Assembly (NCBI GenBank): GCA_964436635.1
Contig: CAYTDM010000009.1
Coordinates: 959-64,958 of the forward strand
Direction of reading: 5' to 3'
Source of the DNA: an uncultured Sphingobacteriaceae bacterium
GTDB taxonomy: Bacteria > Bacteroidota > Bacteroidia > Sphingobacteriales > Sphingobacteriaceae
DNA length: 64,000 bases
Of the stretch, positions 1 through 9,155 are shown one piece after another. The notes beneath the pieces were generated by a model. It had not been told where the DNA came from, did no database searches, and saw only the letters and a program-made list of their open reading frames with translations. Each line of letters opens with the position of its first letter. Position 1 is the stretch's first letter. The position numbers and the translations under genes are program-made.

Positions 1-750
1 TTTAGCATCGTACATTGGTAAACGATCTTGCACCAATTTTGAGACATTATATGCGCTTCCATGTTGATTTCCTTCTGCGACTATTACAATGGTCGATGAT
101 TTTTTGCCCTTTTCACCGCGTAATAAAATTTTACACAAATCATCAATGGCTGTTTGTTTTTCAGGGAGTAAAATGGCTTCTGCCCCTCCTGAGATTCCCA
201 CATTTAAAGCAATGCAACCGGAATCTCTTCCCATCACTTCTATGAAGAATAAACGATCATGCGATGCAGCAGTATCTCTGATTTTATCAATGGCTTCAAT
301 GACCGTATTAGTGGCTGTATCGTAACCCAATGTAAAATCAGATCCATATAAGTCGTTATCAATGGTTCCTGGAACACAAATAACGGGCAAGTCGTATTCT
401 TTGGATAATAATTCTGCCCCTCTAAAGGTTCCATCTCCACCAATGGCCACTAACCCTTCAATGCCTTCTTTTTTCAAATTTTCATAGGCTAATTGCCGGC
501 CTTCTTTAGTTTGAAATTCTGCGCATCTGGCGGTTTTTAAAATGGTGCCGCCTAATTGTATGATATTGCTCACAGATCGACTCGTCATCGGGAGAAAAGA
601 TCCGTCAATCATTCCTTTGTATCCATGTTGTATACCCACGACTTCTACTTCTCTATAGATGGCGGTTCGTACCACAGCACGTATGCATGCATTCATCCCA
701 GGTGCATCACCACCTGAAGTAAAAACTCCAATTTTTCTAAGGTTTCTCAA
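1..750 (-). CDS. pfkA: ATP-dependent 6-phosphofructokinase, C-terminus cut by the window edge
   Basis: The minus-strand frame is open from 750 to 1. It is absent from the ORF track because it runs off the edge. Translation reads LRNLRKIGVFTSGGDAPGMNACIRAVVR...IGGDGTFRGA...PGTIDNDL...EVMGRDSG, the PfkA signature blocks. TTG at 750-748 is a tentative start. Confidence 0.9.
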   Translation of the reverse strand, partial: MRNLRKIGVFTSGGDAPGMNACIRAVVRTAIYREVEVVGIQHGYKGMIDGSFLPMTSRSVSNIIQLGGTILKTARCAEFQTKEGRQLAYENLKKEGIEGLVAIGGDGTFRGAELLSKEYDLPVICVPGTIDNDLYGSDFTLGYDTATNTVIEAIDKIRDTAASHDRLFFIEVMGRDSGCIALNVGISGGAEAILLPEKQTAIDDLCKILLRGEKGKKSSTIVIVAEGNQHGSAYNVSKLVQDRLPMYDAK

Positions 751-815
751 TGTTCTGCTAAATTGATTAAGCTGTTTGAAAAGCCGAATATAATGATTAA
801 TTTTTTTCACTCCTA

Positions 816-842
816 ATATAGTGTGTATTTTTTACACTATAT
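816..842. promoter_or_regulatory. Perfect 9-bp inverted repeat ATATAGTGT-N9-ACACTATAT; candidate operator in the divergent pfkA / Nudix-regulator intergenic region
   Basis: Read directly: 816-824 ATATAGTGT and 834-842 ACACTATAT are exact reverse complements. It is the only strong dyad in the 158-bp divergent spacer. Confidence 0.35.
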
Positions 843-908
843 AATTTTTTTTATTGAATTTCTTTCCTATCTTCAACTTCTGAAACGATTACTGAAATAA
901 TTTAAATT

Positions 909-1607
909 TTGAATACGGGCTTACCATTATTGAATTCAATTTTCACAACGGATTGTGTCATATTTGGGTTTCATGAAGGAGAAATCAAAGTGCTTCTCAT
1001 AGAACGCAATGAATATCCTTTCAAAGACTGGTGGGCATTGCCGGGCTTTTTTGTGGAAATAAATGAAACTATCGATCAGGCTGTGCAACGCATTCTATTT
1101 GAATTTACAGGAATTCGTGGCATTTTTATGGAACAGTTATATACGTTTGGGGAACTCATGAGGCACCCTCAAGGACGTATTATAACAGTGGCTTATTACG
1201 CTTTAGTCCGTTTAGATGATCTTAAATTAAGGACAGATCCTCAAACTGATTATGTGAAGCAAGCGACTTGGCACCCCTTATCGGCCTTGCCAAAATTAGC
1301 TTTTGACCATGAACATATTTTAAAAAAGAGTATTCAAAAAATTCAACGTAAAATCAGTTATAGTCCGATTGCATTTGAATTGTTGCCAGAAAAGTTTACC
1401 CTCACACAGCTGCAACAAGTGTATGAAACTATTTGGGGTCGGTCTCTTGATAAGAGAAATTTCAGAAAAAAAATGTTGAATTATGGCATCCTTAAAGAAT
1501 TACCCGAAGTTCAAAAAGGCGTGTCTTATCGAGCTGCCAGGCTCTATAAATTAGACCGAAGAAAATACGCTAAAATCTTTCAAAACGAATTAAATTTTTC
1601 AAAATAG
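909..1607 (+). CDS. NrtR-like transcriptional regulator (Nudix-fold ligand domain plus C-terminal winged helix)
   Basis: N-terminal Nudix fold (FGFHEGEIKVLLIERNEYPFKDWWALPGFFVE...). The Nudix box is degenerate (QRILFEFTG instead of REUXEEXGU). The C-terminal wHTH (LTQLQQVYETIWGRSLDKRNFRKKML...YRAARLYKLD) is typical of the NrtR family. The start is a TTG per the ORF track, so it is uncertain. Confidence 0.75.
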   Translation: MNTGLPLLNSIFTTDCVIFGFHEGEIKVLLIERNEYPFKDWWALPGFFVEINETIDQAVQRILFEFTGIRGIFMEQLYTFGELMRHPQGRIITVAYYALVRLDDLKLRTDPQTDYVKQATWHPLSALPKLAFDHEHILKKSIQKIQRKISYSPIAFELLPEKFTLTQLQQVYETIWGRSLDKRNFRKKMLNYGILKELPEVQKGVSYRAARLYKLDRRKYAKIFQNELNFSK

Positions 1608-1678
1608 TCCAATTTCTATAATTGTCTTTGCTATGTCATTTCTAAATTTAATTTTGGCATATAATTTTCTATTTGTAT

Positions 1679-1707
1679 TTTTGACCAAAATTTACAAAAG
1701 GTCAAAA
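1679..1707. promoter_or_regulatory. 8-bp perfect inverted repeat TTTTGACC-N13-GGTCAAAA; candidate TetR operator
   Basis: 1679-1686 and 1700-1707 are exact reverse complements, 28 nt upstream of the TetR-family start codon. Confidence 0.4.
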
Positions 1708-1734
1708 GGAAAAATAATCAAAAATTAAAATATA

Positions 1735-2349
1735 ATGTTGGAAAACATTCAAGGAGATGACAAAAAACGTGAAATCATAGAGGCTGCTATCAAGCGATTT
1801 TCACATTTTGGCATTGCTAAAACAACGTTAAGTGAAATTGCCGATGACGTACAAATGTCAAAAGCAAACCTATATTATTATTTTCAAGATAAGTGGGCAT
1901 TGTTAGAGGCGATCACGGAAGTCATGATTTACGAAACGAATAAACTCATTCAAAGTCAATTAAAGGCGGAAGCGAGTGTGTCTGATCAATTAAAATTGAT
2001 TCTAAAAATTAAATTGGGATTGATGCAAAAATATAATCTTTTGTCTAAGAATTTGAATGAAGTCAATGTGATGGATGCCAAAGTCAAAAAAATTGCAGAA
2101 AAAGTGTTTGAAGCTGAGTGTAGCATCATTCAGAAAGTGTTGAAAAGCGGTGTTGAGAAGCAAAAAATTGAAACAATTGATGTAGAAGAAACGTCTAAAA
2201 TTTATGTCACAACCTTAAAAGGGTTGGGCATTTGTGGGGTGTATGCTAACCCTTCACCAGTCATTGAAAAGGAAACATTTGAGATGATTCATGAACAACA
2301 GATAAAATTGACAGAAATATTCGTCAATGGTCTTTTAAAAATGAATTAA
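1735..2349 (+). CDS. TetR/AcrR family transcriptional regulator
   Basis: N-terminal TetR HTH (REIIEAAIKRFSHFGIAKTTLSEIADDVQMSKANLYYYF). It lies directly upstream of the efflux operon. Confidence 0.9.
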   Translation: MLENIQGDDKKREIIEAAIKRFSHFGIAKTTLSEIADDVQMSKANLYYYFQDKWALLEAITEVMIYETNKLIQSQLKAEASVSDQLKLILKIKLGLMQKYNLLSKNLNEVNVMDAKVKKIAEKVFEAECSIIQKVLKSGVEKQKIETIDVEETSKIYVTTLKGLGICGVYANPSPVIEKETFEMIHEQQIKLTEIFVNGLLKMN

Positions 2350-2380
2350 GTTAAAAATTAGAGGTTTATATTATATCACG

Positions 2381-3763
2381 ATGAATAGTAGGTTTATTAG
2401 CAAAACGAAGGCATTAATCATAGGTTCCCTAATGTCTTTTGGTTTGGTGTCTGTTAGTTTGGCACAAGAAAAAGCGCATGAAAGCATTTCCTTACAGGAT
2501 GCAATTTCATATGCATTGCAAAACAACGAAGCATTACGAAAAGCAAAATTAGAAATTGAAGGAGGACGCTTAAAAGTGTCTGAAGTTCGGGCATCTGCCA
2601 TGCCTCAAATCGATGTAATCAGTACGTTGACAAACAATTTATTGGTTCAACAATTCATTTTACCTGCGGAAGTTTTTGGTGGTGCAGCCGGTGAGTTTAT
2701 TGCAGTGAAAGCAGGACAAACTTGGAATGCCATGACTCAAGTTCAATTAAGTCAACAACTTTTTAATCAACAGGTATTTACTGGTTTAAAAGCAGCTAAA
2801 AGCAGTGAGGAGTTTTATCGTCTTTCTGCCCAATTAAGCGAAGAAAACCTTATTCAACAAGTGGCCACGAACTATTATCAGGTGATTATTTCAAGAGAGC
2901 AATTACAGGTGATCGATGCAAATATTGCTCGCATTGAACAGTTAGAGAAGACCGTTAATAATCAATTTGAGGTAGGTTTGGCCAAAAAAATTGACCTTGA
3001 CCGAATCCGTGTAAATAAAAGCAACTTAAAGGCACAACGTGAGCAACTGCAATCGGCTGTGGTAATGCAGGAAAATTTATTAAAGTATTACATGGGCATG
3101 CCGATCAATGAGTCGATTTCGCTATCAAATCGTGAAATTTCTTCTTTAGAACAAGAGGCACATTTGACCCTTGATCAACAAAAATTCAATGCTTCTTTAA
3201 TGACCTCTTACCAATTGCTTCGCAAACAAGAAGATCTTTTGGTCCTTCAAAAGAAAGCCTATTTGTCAGAATATTATCCAACCTTATCCTTGGGTGGGAA
3301 TTATATGTATAGCTCACAAAGTAATAAATTAAACGTTTATTCTAGTCAGGCCTTAGGTTATGATGTGGCAGCCGTTTCTTTGAATTTGAGAATTCCAATT
3401 TTCGATGGAGGTGCAAGACGCTCAAGGGTTAGACAAGCTGATATTGATATCCAGAAAGTACAAGAAGATATTCGCAGTACGACCAATGGGTTAAATATGG
3501 CCTATGAAAACGCGAAAATTCAAATTAAAAATAGTTTGACAACCATTGATGTACAAAGAACTAACAAGCAGTTTGCTGAAGAAGTGTTTACAAGCACGCG
3601 GAATAACTACGAAAACGGCTTAGCGACATTGACAGATTTGTTAAACGCAGAAACAGAATTAGTAACAGCACAAAACAGTTATAATCAAGCTTTGTTGAAT
3701 TATAAGGTTGCTGAAATCGAGTTGATAAAATCAAACGGAAACATCCGTACACTTGTTAAATAA
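2381..3763 (+). CDS. TolC-family outer membrane efflux protein
   Basis: Signal peptide, 460 aa, two-repeat coiled-coil/beta-barrel pattern. First gene of the tolC-MFP-RND order typical of Bacteroidota. Confidence 0.9.
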   Translation: MNSRFISKTKALIIGSLMSFGLVSVSLAQEKAHESISLQDAISYALQNNEALRKAKLEIEGGRLKVSEVRASAMPQIDVISTLTNNLLVQQFILPAEVFGGAAGEFIAVKAGQTWNAMTQVQLSQQLFNQQVFTGLKAAKSSEEFYRLSAQLSEENLIQQVATNYYQVIISREQLQVIDANIARIEQLEKTVNNQFEVGLAKKIDLDRIRVNKSNLKAQREQLQSAVVMQENLLKYYMGMPINESISLSNREISSLEQEAHLTLDQQKFNASLMTSYQLLRKQEDLLVLQKKAYLSEYYPTLSLGGNYMYSSQSNKLNVYSSQALGYDVAAVSLNLRIPIFDGGARRSRVRQADIDIQKVQEDIRSTTNGLNMAYENAKIQIKNSLTTIDVQRTNKQFAEEVFTSTRNNYENGLATLTDLLNAETELVTAQNSYNQALLNYKVAEIELIKSNGNIRTLVK

Positions 3764-3797
3764 TTATTGAAAACACACACTATATAATATTGCAGAA

Positions 3798-4859
3798 ATG
3801 AAGCGTATAATCATTACAGTTGTAGTCATTTTAGGAGCTGGAGCCTTGATTACATGGACGTTAAACAAAAACAAAAAGGAGAACGAGGAAAAAACTGCTG
3901 TCGTCGCACAAACGAATATGGCCGTGGCCGTGACAGCTGAATCCGTTCAAAAATTACCTGTCGACTTGGATTTTATAAGCAATGGGAATTTTTCAGCAAA
4001 CCAAGATTTAAAATTAATGGCTGAAGCAGGCGGAAGAATTACTTCTATCCAAGTGAAAGAAGGTTCTCGCGTGAGCAAAGGTCAGATTTTAGCACACATC
4101 GATGCAGAGTACGCGTCTTTGGATGTACAAAGAATCGAGGATGCGTTGAATAAATTAAAAACCGATTATGCGCGTTACAAAAGCTCTTATGAAACTGGTG
4201 GTGTGACAAAAGCACAGTTAGATGAAGTAGAGTTAGGCTTAAAAAACACTGAAAATCAATTGCAGCAAGCAAAACGCCGTCTACAAGATGCATATGTAAA
4301 AGCACCGATCTCTGGTGTTATTAATAAAAGAAGCATTGAGGTAGGGGCATTTGTGAGTCCTGGTACTGAATTATTTGAAATTGTGGATGTTTCTAAGTTA
4401 AAATTAAACGTAACTGTGAACGAAGCGCAGGTAGTGCAAATTAAAGTTGGTGACAAAGTAAGCATTTCAAGTTCGGTGTTTCCTGATAAAGAATTTACTG
4501 GTACAATTAGTTTTATCGCCGTTAAAGCAGATAACAGTTTGAATTATCCAGTTGAAATTTTAGTAGATAATCCAGGTGCAGGTTCCTCACTTAGAGCAGG
4601 TATGTACGGAACTGCTTCCTTTAAATTCCCTAAGCAAGATCCAGTGATCTTGATTCCCAGAGGATCCTTTATCGGAAGTGTAAATAGTGGACAGGTCTAT
4701 GTATTAGGCGCGGATAGCGTTGCAAACATTAAACAGGTTATTCCAGGTCGTATCATTGGTGAAAAAGTGGAGATTTTAAGCGGTTTAACAGAAGGTGAAA
4801 CTGTGATTACAAGTGGACAAATCAATTTGTCTGAGGGTGTTAAAGTTTCTGTGCAGTAA
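3798..4859 (+). CDS. Efflux RND transporter periplasmic adaptor (membrane fusion protein)
   Basis: N-terminal TM anchor, lipoyl/barrel-sandwich hybrid motifs (GQILAHID...APISGVI). It sits between the TolC and RND genes. Confidence 0.9.
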   Translation: MKRIIITVVVILGAGALITWTLNKNKKENEEKTAVVAQTNMAVAVTAESVQKLPVDLDFISNGNFSANQDLKLMAEAGGRITSIQVKEGSRVSKGQILAHIDAEYASLDVQRIEDALNKLKTDYARYKSSYETGGVTKAQLDEVELGLKNTENQLQQAKRRLQDAYVKAPISGVINKRSIEVGAFVSPGTELFEIVDVSKLKLNVTVNEAQVVQIKVGDKVSISSSVFPDKEFTGTISFIAVKADNSLNYPVEILVDNPGAGSSLRAGMYGTASFKFPKQDPVILIPRGSFIGSVNSGQVYVLGADSVANIKQVIPGRIIGEKVEILSGLTEGETVITSGQINLSEGVKVSVQ

Positions 4860-4889
4860 TAAAGGTTAAATAATTAAAGCAACATATAA

Positions 4890-7800
4890 ATGAAAATTGC
4901 TGAAATATCGATAAAAAGACCCTCCATTGTGATTGTGGTGTTTACCGCCCTTTCCTTGTTGGGGATTATGAGTTACTTCTCGCTGAATTATGAGTTGTTA
5001 CCAAAATTTTCTCCCGCAGTCGTTTCGGTGACCACGGTATATCCAGGTGCATCTCCCAGTGAAGTAGAGAACACAGTAACTAAAAAAATCGAAGATGCAG
5101 TCGCATCATTAGAGAACATTAAACAACTGAATGCAACTTCCTTTGAGAGTTTATCTTTAGTTATTATTGAATTAAATAACGAAGCGAATGTCGACCTTTC
5201 GTTGAATGATGCACAGCGTAAAGTGAATGCTATCTTAGCGGAGTTGCCGGATGATGTGGATCCGCCTTCCTTGGCGAAATTCTCATTAGACGATTTGCCG
5301 ATCGTTACCCTTTCTGCCACTTCTAATATGGACGCTGCAAGCTTCTACGACTTAATCGATAAGCGGATTCAACCGATTTTATCGAGGGTTCAAGGTGTGG
5401 CCCAAATTAACTTAATCGGTGGACAGGAACGTGAAATTCAAGTCAATGTCCGTGCAGATCGTTTAGAAGCGTACGGTTTATCGCTTTTGCAAGTTCAGCA
5501 GGCGATTTTGACCTCAAATTTAGATTTTCCTACAGGAAGTGTCAAAACCCAAAATCAAGACATTTTAGTGCGTCTGGCTGGTAAATATAAAACAGTCGAT
5601 GAGTTAAGAAATTTAGTGATCGCTACCAATGCGGATGGTGCGCAAATTCGCTTATATGAATTAGCAGATATTCAAGACAGCCAAAAAGATGTAGATAAAT
5701 TAGCGCGTGTGGACCGTCAAAGTGCATTGGTTTTACAAGTTTTAAAACAATCCGATGCGAATGCCGTAAAGGTAAGTGAAGGGGTGCAAGCATTAGTGAA
5801 TGAACTGAATCAAACTTACGCAAAAGAAGGCCTTGAATTAAAAGTAGCGAACGATAGCTCGGTATATACCTTGGAATCTGCCAATGCTGTCGTGTTTGAC
5901 TTATTCCTTGCGATCGTTTTAGTGGCAGTAGTGATGTTATTTTTCTTGCATTCATTAAGAAATGCATTAATTGTAATGGTGGCTATTCCAGCATCTTTGA
6001 TCGCCACATTTATCGGAATCAGCATGTTTGGTTTTACCTTAAACTTAATGTCCTTATTAGGACTGTCATTAGTGGTAGGTATTCTTGTGGATGATGCGAT
6101 CGTGGTAATCGAGAATATCTATCGCCATATGGAGATGGGTAAAAATAAAGTGCGTGCATCTTTAGACGGAGCGAAAGAAATAGGGTTTACAGTCGTGTCC
6201 ATTACCATGGTAATCGTGGTGGTGTTTTTACCGATCGCCATGAGTACTGGGATGGTTTCGAATATCCTTAGAGAATTCTGTGTGGTGGTGGTGATCGCGA
6301 CGCTGCTTAGTTTGATTGCATCTTTTACCATCGTTCCTTTGTTAACATCTCGTTTTGGAAAATTAGAGCGTGTATCTAATAAGAACATTTTAGGTCGATT
6401 TGTATTGTGGTTTGAGCATCAATTAAACAACTTCACTAAGTGGATTACGAGCATTTTAGAATGGTCATTAAATAATAAATTTGTCACTTTGGTCGTGGTG
6501 GCGGTGTTATTCTTTGGATCATTTGGATTGGTCATCAAAGGATATATCGGAGCTGAATTCTTTGCACAAGGAGATCGTGGGGAGTTTTTGGTACAAATCG
6601 AGTTGCCTAAAGACGCTTCGATCGAGCAAACAAATCAAATGACGCGTAAGGCAGAAGAGTTTTTGGCCACAAAACCAGAAATCATCTCTCAAATTACCAC
6701 TGTGGGTCAATCAAGTGATGGATTTGGTGCAGCGCTTTCTACGGCGTATAAAGCTGAAATTACCGTAAAATTAGTGGAGAAAAAGGATCGTGCGGATGAA
6801 TCAAACATTTTCGCTGCAAAAATTAAACGTGAATTAGAAGAGATCTTAGTAGGAGCTAAGGTGAAAACTGTGCCGATCAGTATCGTAGGATTTGCGGAGC
6901 AAGCGCCGGTAGAAATGGTGGTAGTGGGTTCCGATCTCGATAGCGTAATGAAATATTCAGAAGCGGTTTTGGTCGAATTGAAGAAGGTAGCAGGGACGAC
7001 TGAACAAAAATTATCAGTGGAAACTGGAAATCCAGAAATTACAGTGGAAGTAGATCGCGATAAAATGGCAGCTTTAGGTTTAAACCTACAAACGGTAGGA
7101 GCGACCATGCAAGTGGCATTTAACGGGAACACCGATGGTAAATATCGTCAAGGTGAATACGAGTATGATATTAATATTCGTTTTGATGATTATGATCGTA
7201 AAAATGTGGAAGATGTGAGTACGCTTGCTTTTACAAATAATAAGGGTGAAATGATCCGCTTATCCCAATTTGCATCCATTCGAGAAGGTTCTGGACCGAG
7301 CCAATTAGAGCGTAAAGATAAGAGTACAGCTGTAAAAGTATTGTCTCAAGTCGTTGGTCGTCCGGCCAGTGCGGTGGTAGCAGATTTAGAGGTGAATATT
7401 GCTGACATCCCTAAACCAGGAGGGGTGAATTATGAGTGGGGTGGACAAATGGCGGATCAGGAAGAAGGTTTTGGTACACTTGGTACGGCTTTGATTATCT
7501 CGGTATTACTCGTGTATTTCATCATGGTGGCCCTGTATGATAGTTTTGTGTACCCGTTTGTGGTTATGTTCTCCATTCCTTTATCCGTGATCGGTGCCTT
7601 ATTAGCCCTTGCATTAACTAATAACACTTTGAACATTTTTACGATTCTGGGGTTAATTATGTTGATCGGTTTGGTGGCCAAAAATGCGATCATCTTGGTG
7701 GACTTTACAAATCACCTTAAAGCGGAAGGTAAATCAACGCGGGAGGCATTAATATTAGCGAATCAAGCGCGTTTGCGTCCAATTTTAATGACAACCATCG

Positions 7801-8045
7801 CGATGGTGTTTGGGATGCTTCCGATTGCGATCGCCTCAGGAGCGGGTGCCGAGTGGAAAAATGGATTAGCCTGGGTAATTATCGGTGGATTAGTGAGTTC
7901 TTTGTTCTTAACCTTAATCGTCGTGCCGGTTGTGTACCAAATGGTCGATAACATGTTGCACAAATTTGGGTTAGATAAAAAAGGGATGGATATCGATGAA
8001 TTATTGGTAGAACCCTACGAGCACAAAGAAGTAAAAGAATATTAA
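4890..8045 (+). CDS. RND efflux permease, AcrB/HAE1 family
   Basis: 1051 aa with 12-TM / two-large-loop architecture. Conserved VVGILVDDAIVVIENI and LVAKNAIILVDF blocks. Confidence 0.95.
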   Translation: MKIAEISIKRPSIVIVVFTALSLLGIMSYFSLNYELLPKFSPAVVSVTTVYPGASPSEVENTVTKKIEDAVASLENIKQLNATSFESLSLVIIELNNEANVDLSLNDAQRKVNAILAELPDDVDPPSLAKFSLDDLPIVTLSATSNMDAASFYDLIDKRIQPILSRVQGVAQINLIGGQEREIQVNVRADRLEAYGLSLLQVQQAILTSNLDFPTGSVKTQNQDILVRLAGKYKTVDELRNLVIATNADGAQIRLYELADIQDSQKDVDKLARVDRQSALVLQVLKQSDANAVKVSEGVQALVNELNQTYAKEGLELKVANDSSVYTLESANAVVFDLFLAIVLVAVVMLFFLHSLRNALIVMVAIPASLIATFIGISMFGFTLNLMSLLGLSLVVGILVDDAIVVIENIYRHMEMGKNKVRASLDGAKEIGFTVVSITMVIVVVFLPIAMSTGMVSNILREFCVVVVIATLLSLIASFTIVPLLTSRFGKLERVSNKNILGRFVLWFEHQLNNFTKWITSILEWSLNNKFVTLVVVAVLFFGSFGLVIKGYIGAEFFAQGDRGEFLVQIELPKDASIEQTNQMTRKAEEFLATKPEIISQITTVGQSSDGFGAALSTAYKAEITVKLVEKKDRADESNIFAAKIKRELEEILVGAKVKTVPISIVGFAEQAPVEMVVVGSDLDSVMKYSEAVLVELKKVAGTTEQKLSVETGNPEITVEVDRDKMAALGLNLQTVGATMQVAFNGNTDGKYRQGEYEYDINIRFDDYDRKNVEDVSTLAFTNNKGEMIRLSQFASIREGSGPSQLERKDKSTAVKVLSQVVGRPASAVVADLEVNIADIPKPGGVNYEWGGQMADQEEGFGTLGTALIISVLLVYFIMVALYDSFVYPFVVMFSIPLSVIGALLALALTNNTLNIFTILGLIMLIGLVAKNAIILVDFTNHLKAEGKSTREALILANQARLRPILMTTIAMVFGMLPIAIASGAGAEWKNGLAWVIIGGLVSSLFLTLIVVPVVYQMVDNMLHKFGLDKKGMDIDELLVEPYEHKEVKEY

Positions 8046-8071
8046 TAATTTTCTGCTTAAGTGTTTTGAAA

Positions 8072-8119
8072 AGCACTACTTCAATTAGTTTTAACTAAAA
8101 GAAGTAGTGCTATTTTTTT
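8072..8119 (+). terminator. Rho-independent terminator of the efflux operon
   Basis: 11-bp stem AGCACTACTTC / GAAGTAGTGCT (8072-8082, 8101-8111) followed by a T-run (8113-8119). Confidence 0.7.
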
Positions 8120-8157
8120 GCTTTTGGCTATTTGTTTGCCTTTGACAATTTTTGCTT

Positions 8158-8868
8158 TTAGCGAATTAAGATCGATAGAACGGTATCACCTGTAATTTCC
8201 GAATAGTCACGTATGTAGAAATCACATGGTGGCAATTCTTCCCGCGTATGTGAAGTCAACACGCCCACGACTTTAGAGCCTGCATTTAATGCTGCAGTAA
8301 TTCCAGAAAAGGAGTCTTCAAAAACCAGGCATTTTTCCGGTGCAATTTCTAAATTTTTAGCCGATTTTAAATAAACTTCTGGATGTGGTTTGTGTTGGGT
8401 GACGTCTTCACTGGCTAACATGGACTTCATGTAAGTATGTAAAGAAAGTTTATCGGTGATGAGAGATAAATTTGCTCTGGGCGCGGAGGTCGCCACTCCA
8501 CAGGAAAAACCGTTTTGAATAAGTTGTTTTAGAAAGGGCAGATAACCCTCAATAGGGTTCACCTTTGACGCATAAATTTCTCTAAATAGCGCCTCTTTTT
8601 CGTCTTCTAATTGTTTTAATTCTTCCCCCTCGATTTTCCTTCCAAAGAAATGAGACATGATGTAGCTGTTATGCTTGCCGTACATATGCGTCGCAAAATC
8701 ACGTTTATCAAAGTCTAAACCATGTTGAATGAAAAAGGCAGCAAATGCTTCCGAATGATACGGATTCGTGTCTACAATCACACCGTCCATATCAAATATT
8801 ACTGCATAATCTGTTGTTAAAAAATTATTTTTCAACCTTTTTATTCCTCCAAATCTATAATTTTTCAA
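8158..8868 (-). CDS. HAD-superfamily hydrolase (beta-phosphoglucomutase-like subfamily IA)
   Basis: DxD motif (VIFDMDGVIVDT), a motif II Ser/Thr, and a distal EDS..G motif. Confidence 0.85.
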   Translation of the reverse strand: MKNYRFGGIKRLKNNFLTTDYAVIFDMDGVIVDTNPYHSEAFAAFFIQHGLDFDKRDFATHMYGKHNSYIMSHFFGRKIEGEELKQLEDEKEALFREIYASKVNPIEGYLPFLKQLIQNGFSCGVATSAPRANLSLITDKLSLHTYMKSMLASEDVTQHKPHPEVYLKSAKNLEIAPEKCLVFEDSFSGITAALNAGSKVVGVLTSHTREELPPCDFYIRDYSEITGDTVLSILIR

Positions 8869-9070
8869 TGTTAAATCCTGCCTTTTCCACGGCTAACATC
8901 ACGTCTTCCTGCGGTACGCTGCTTTCATGAATCGTTAAGATTTTATCTGCTGTTTCAGTGTTTACTTCCCAATTTCCTTCTCCTACAAGTAAATTTAGCG
9001 CCGGGCTGACAGCTCGTACGCATCCACTACAATTAATGGTCGTTTTATAAGTTTGTTTCATTGTTGACAT
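8855..9070 (-). CDS. Heavy-metal-associated (HMA) domain protein, CopZ-like
   Basis: 71 aa with a ferredoxin-like fold and a CxxC metal motif (NCSGCV). Its last 14 nt overlap the HAD gene start. Confidence 0.8.
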   Translation of the reverse strand: MSTMKQTYKTTINCSGCVRAVSPALNLLVGEGNWEVNTETADKILTIHESSVPQEDVMLAVEKAGFNIEKL

Positions 9071-9155
9071 ACTATTTTAAATCCTAAACTAATTGCGTAA
9101 ACAATTAAATTTTACGCTAACCAGTAATATACAAAAAAATAATCAATTATTCAAA

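Noticed and set aside
4045-8076. Numerous 60-140 aa antisense or out-of-frame ORFs inside the MFP and RND genes. Similar shadow ORFs lie inside asnB, glnA, ndh, metN, gap, the M14 genes and others.
   Set aside because: Each is fully embedded in a long ORF with strong family motifs. They have low-complexity, shadow-frame composition.
9095-9117. 7-bp hairpin GCGTAAA-N9-TTTACGC between the LOG and HMA genes, as a possible terminator
   Set aside because: The stem is short and AT-rich with no T-tract on the transcribed (minus) strand, so it is not convincing.
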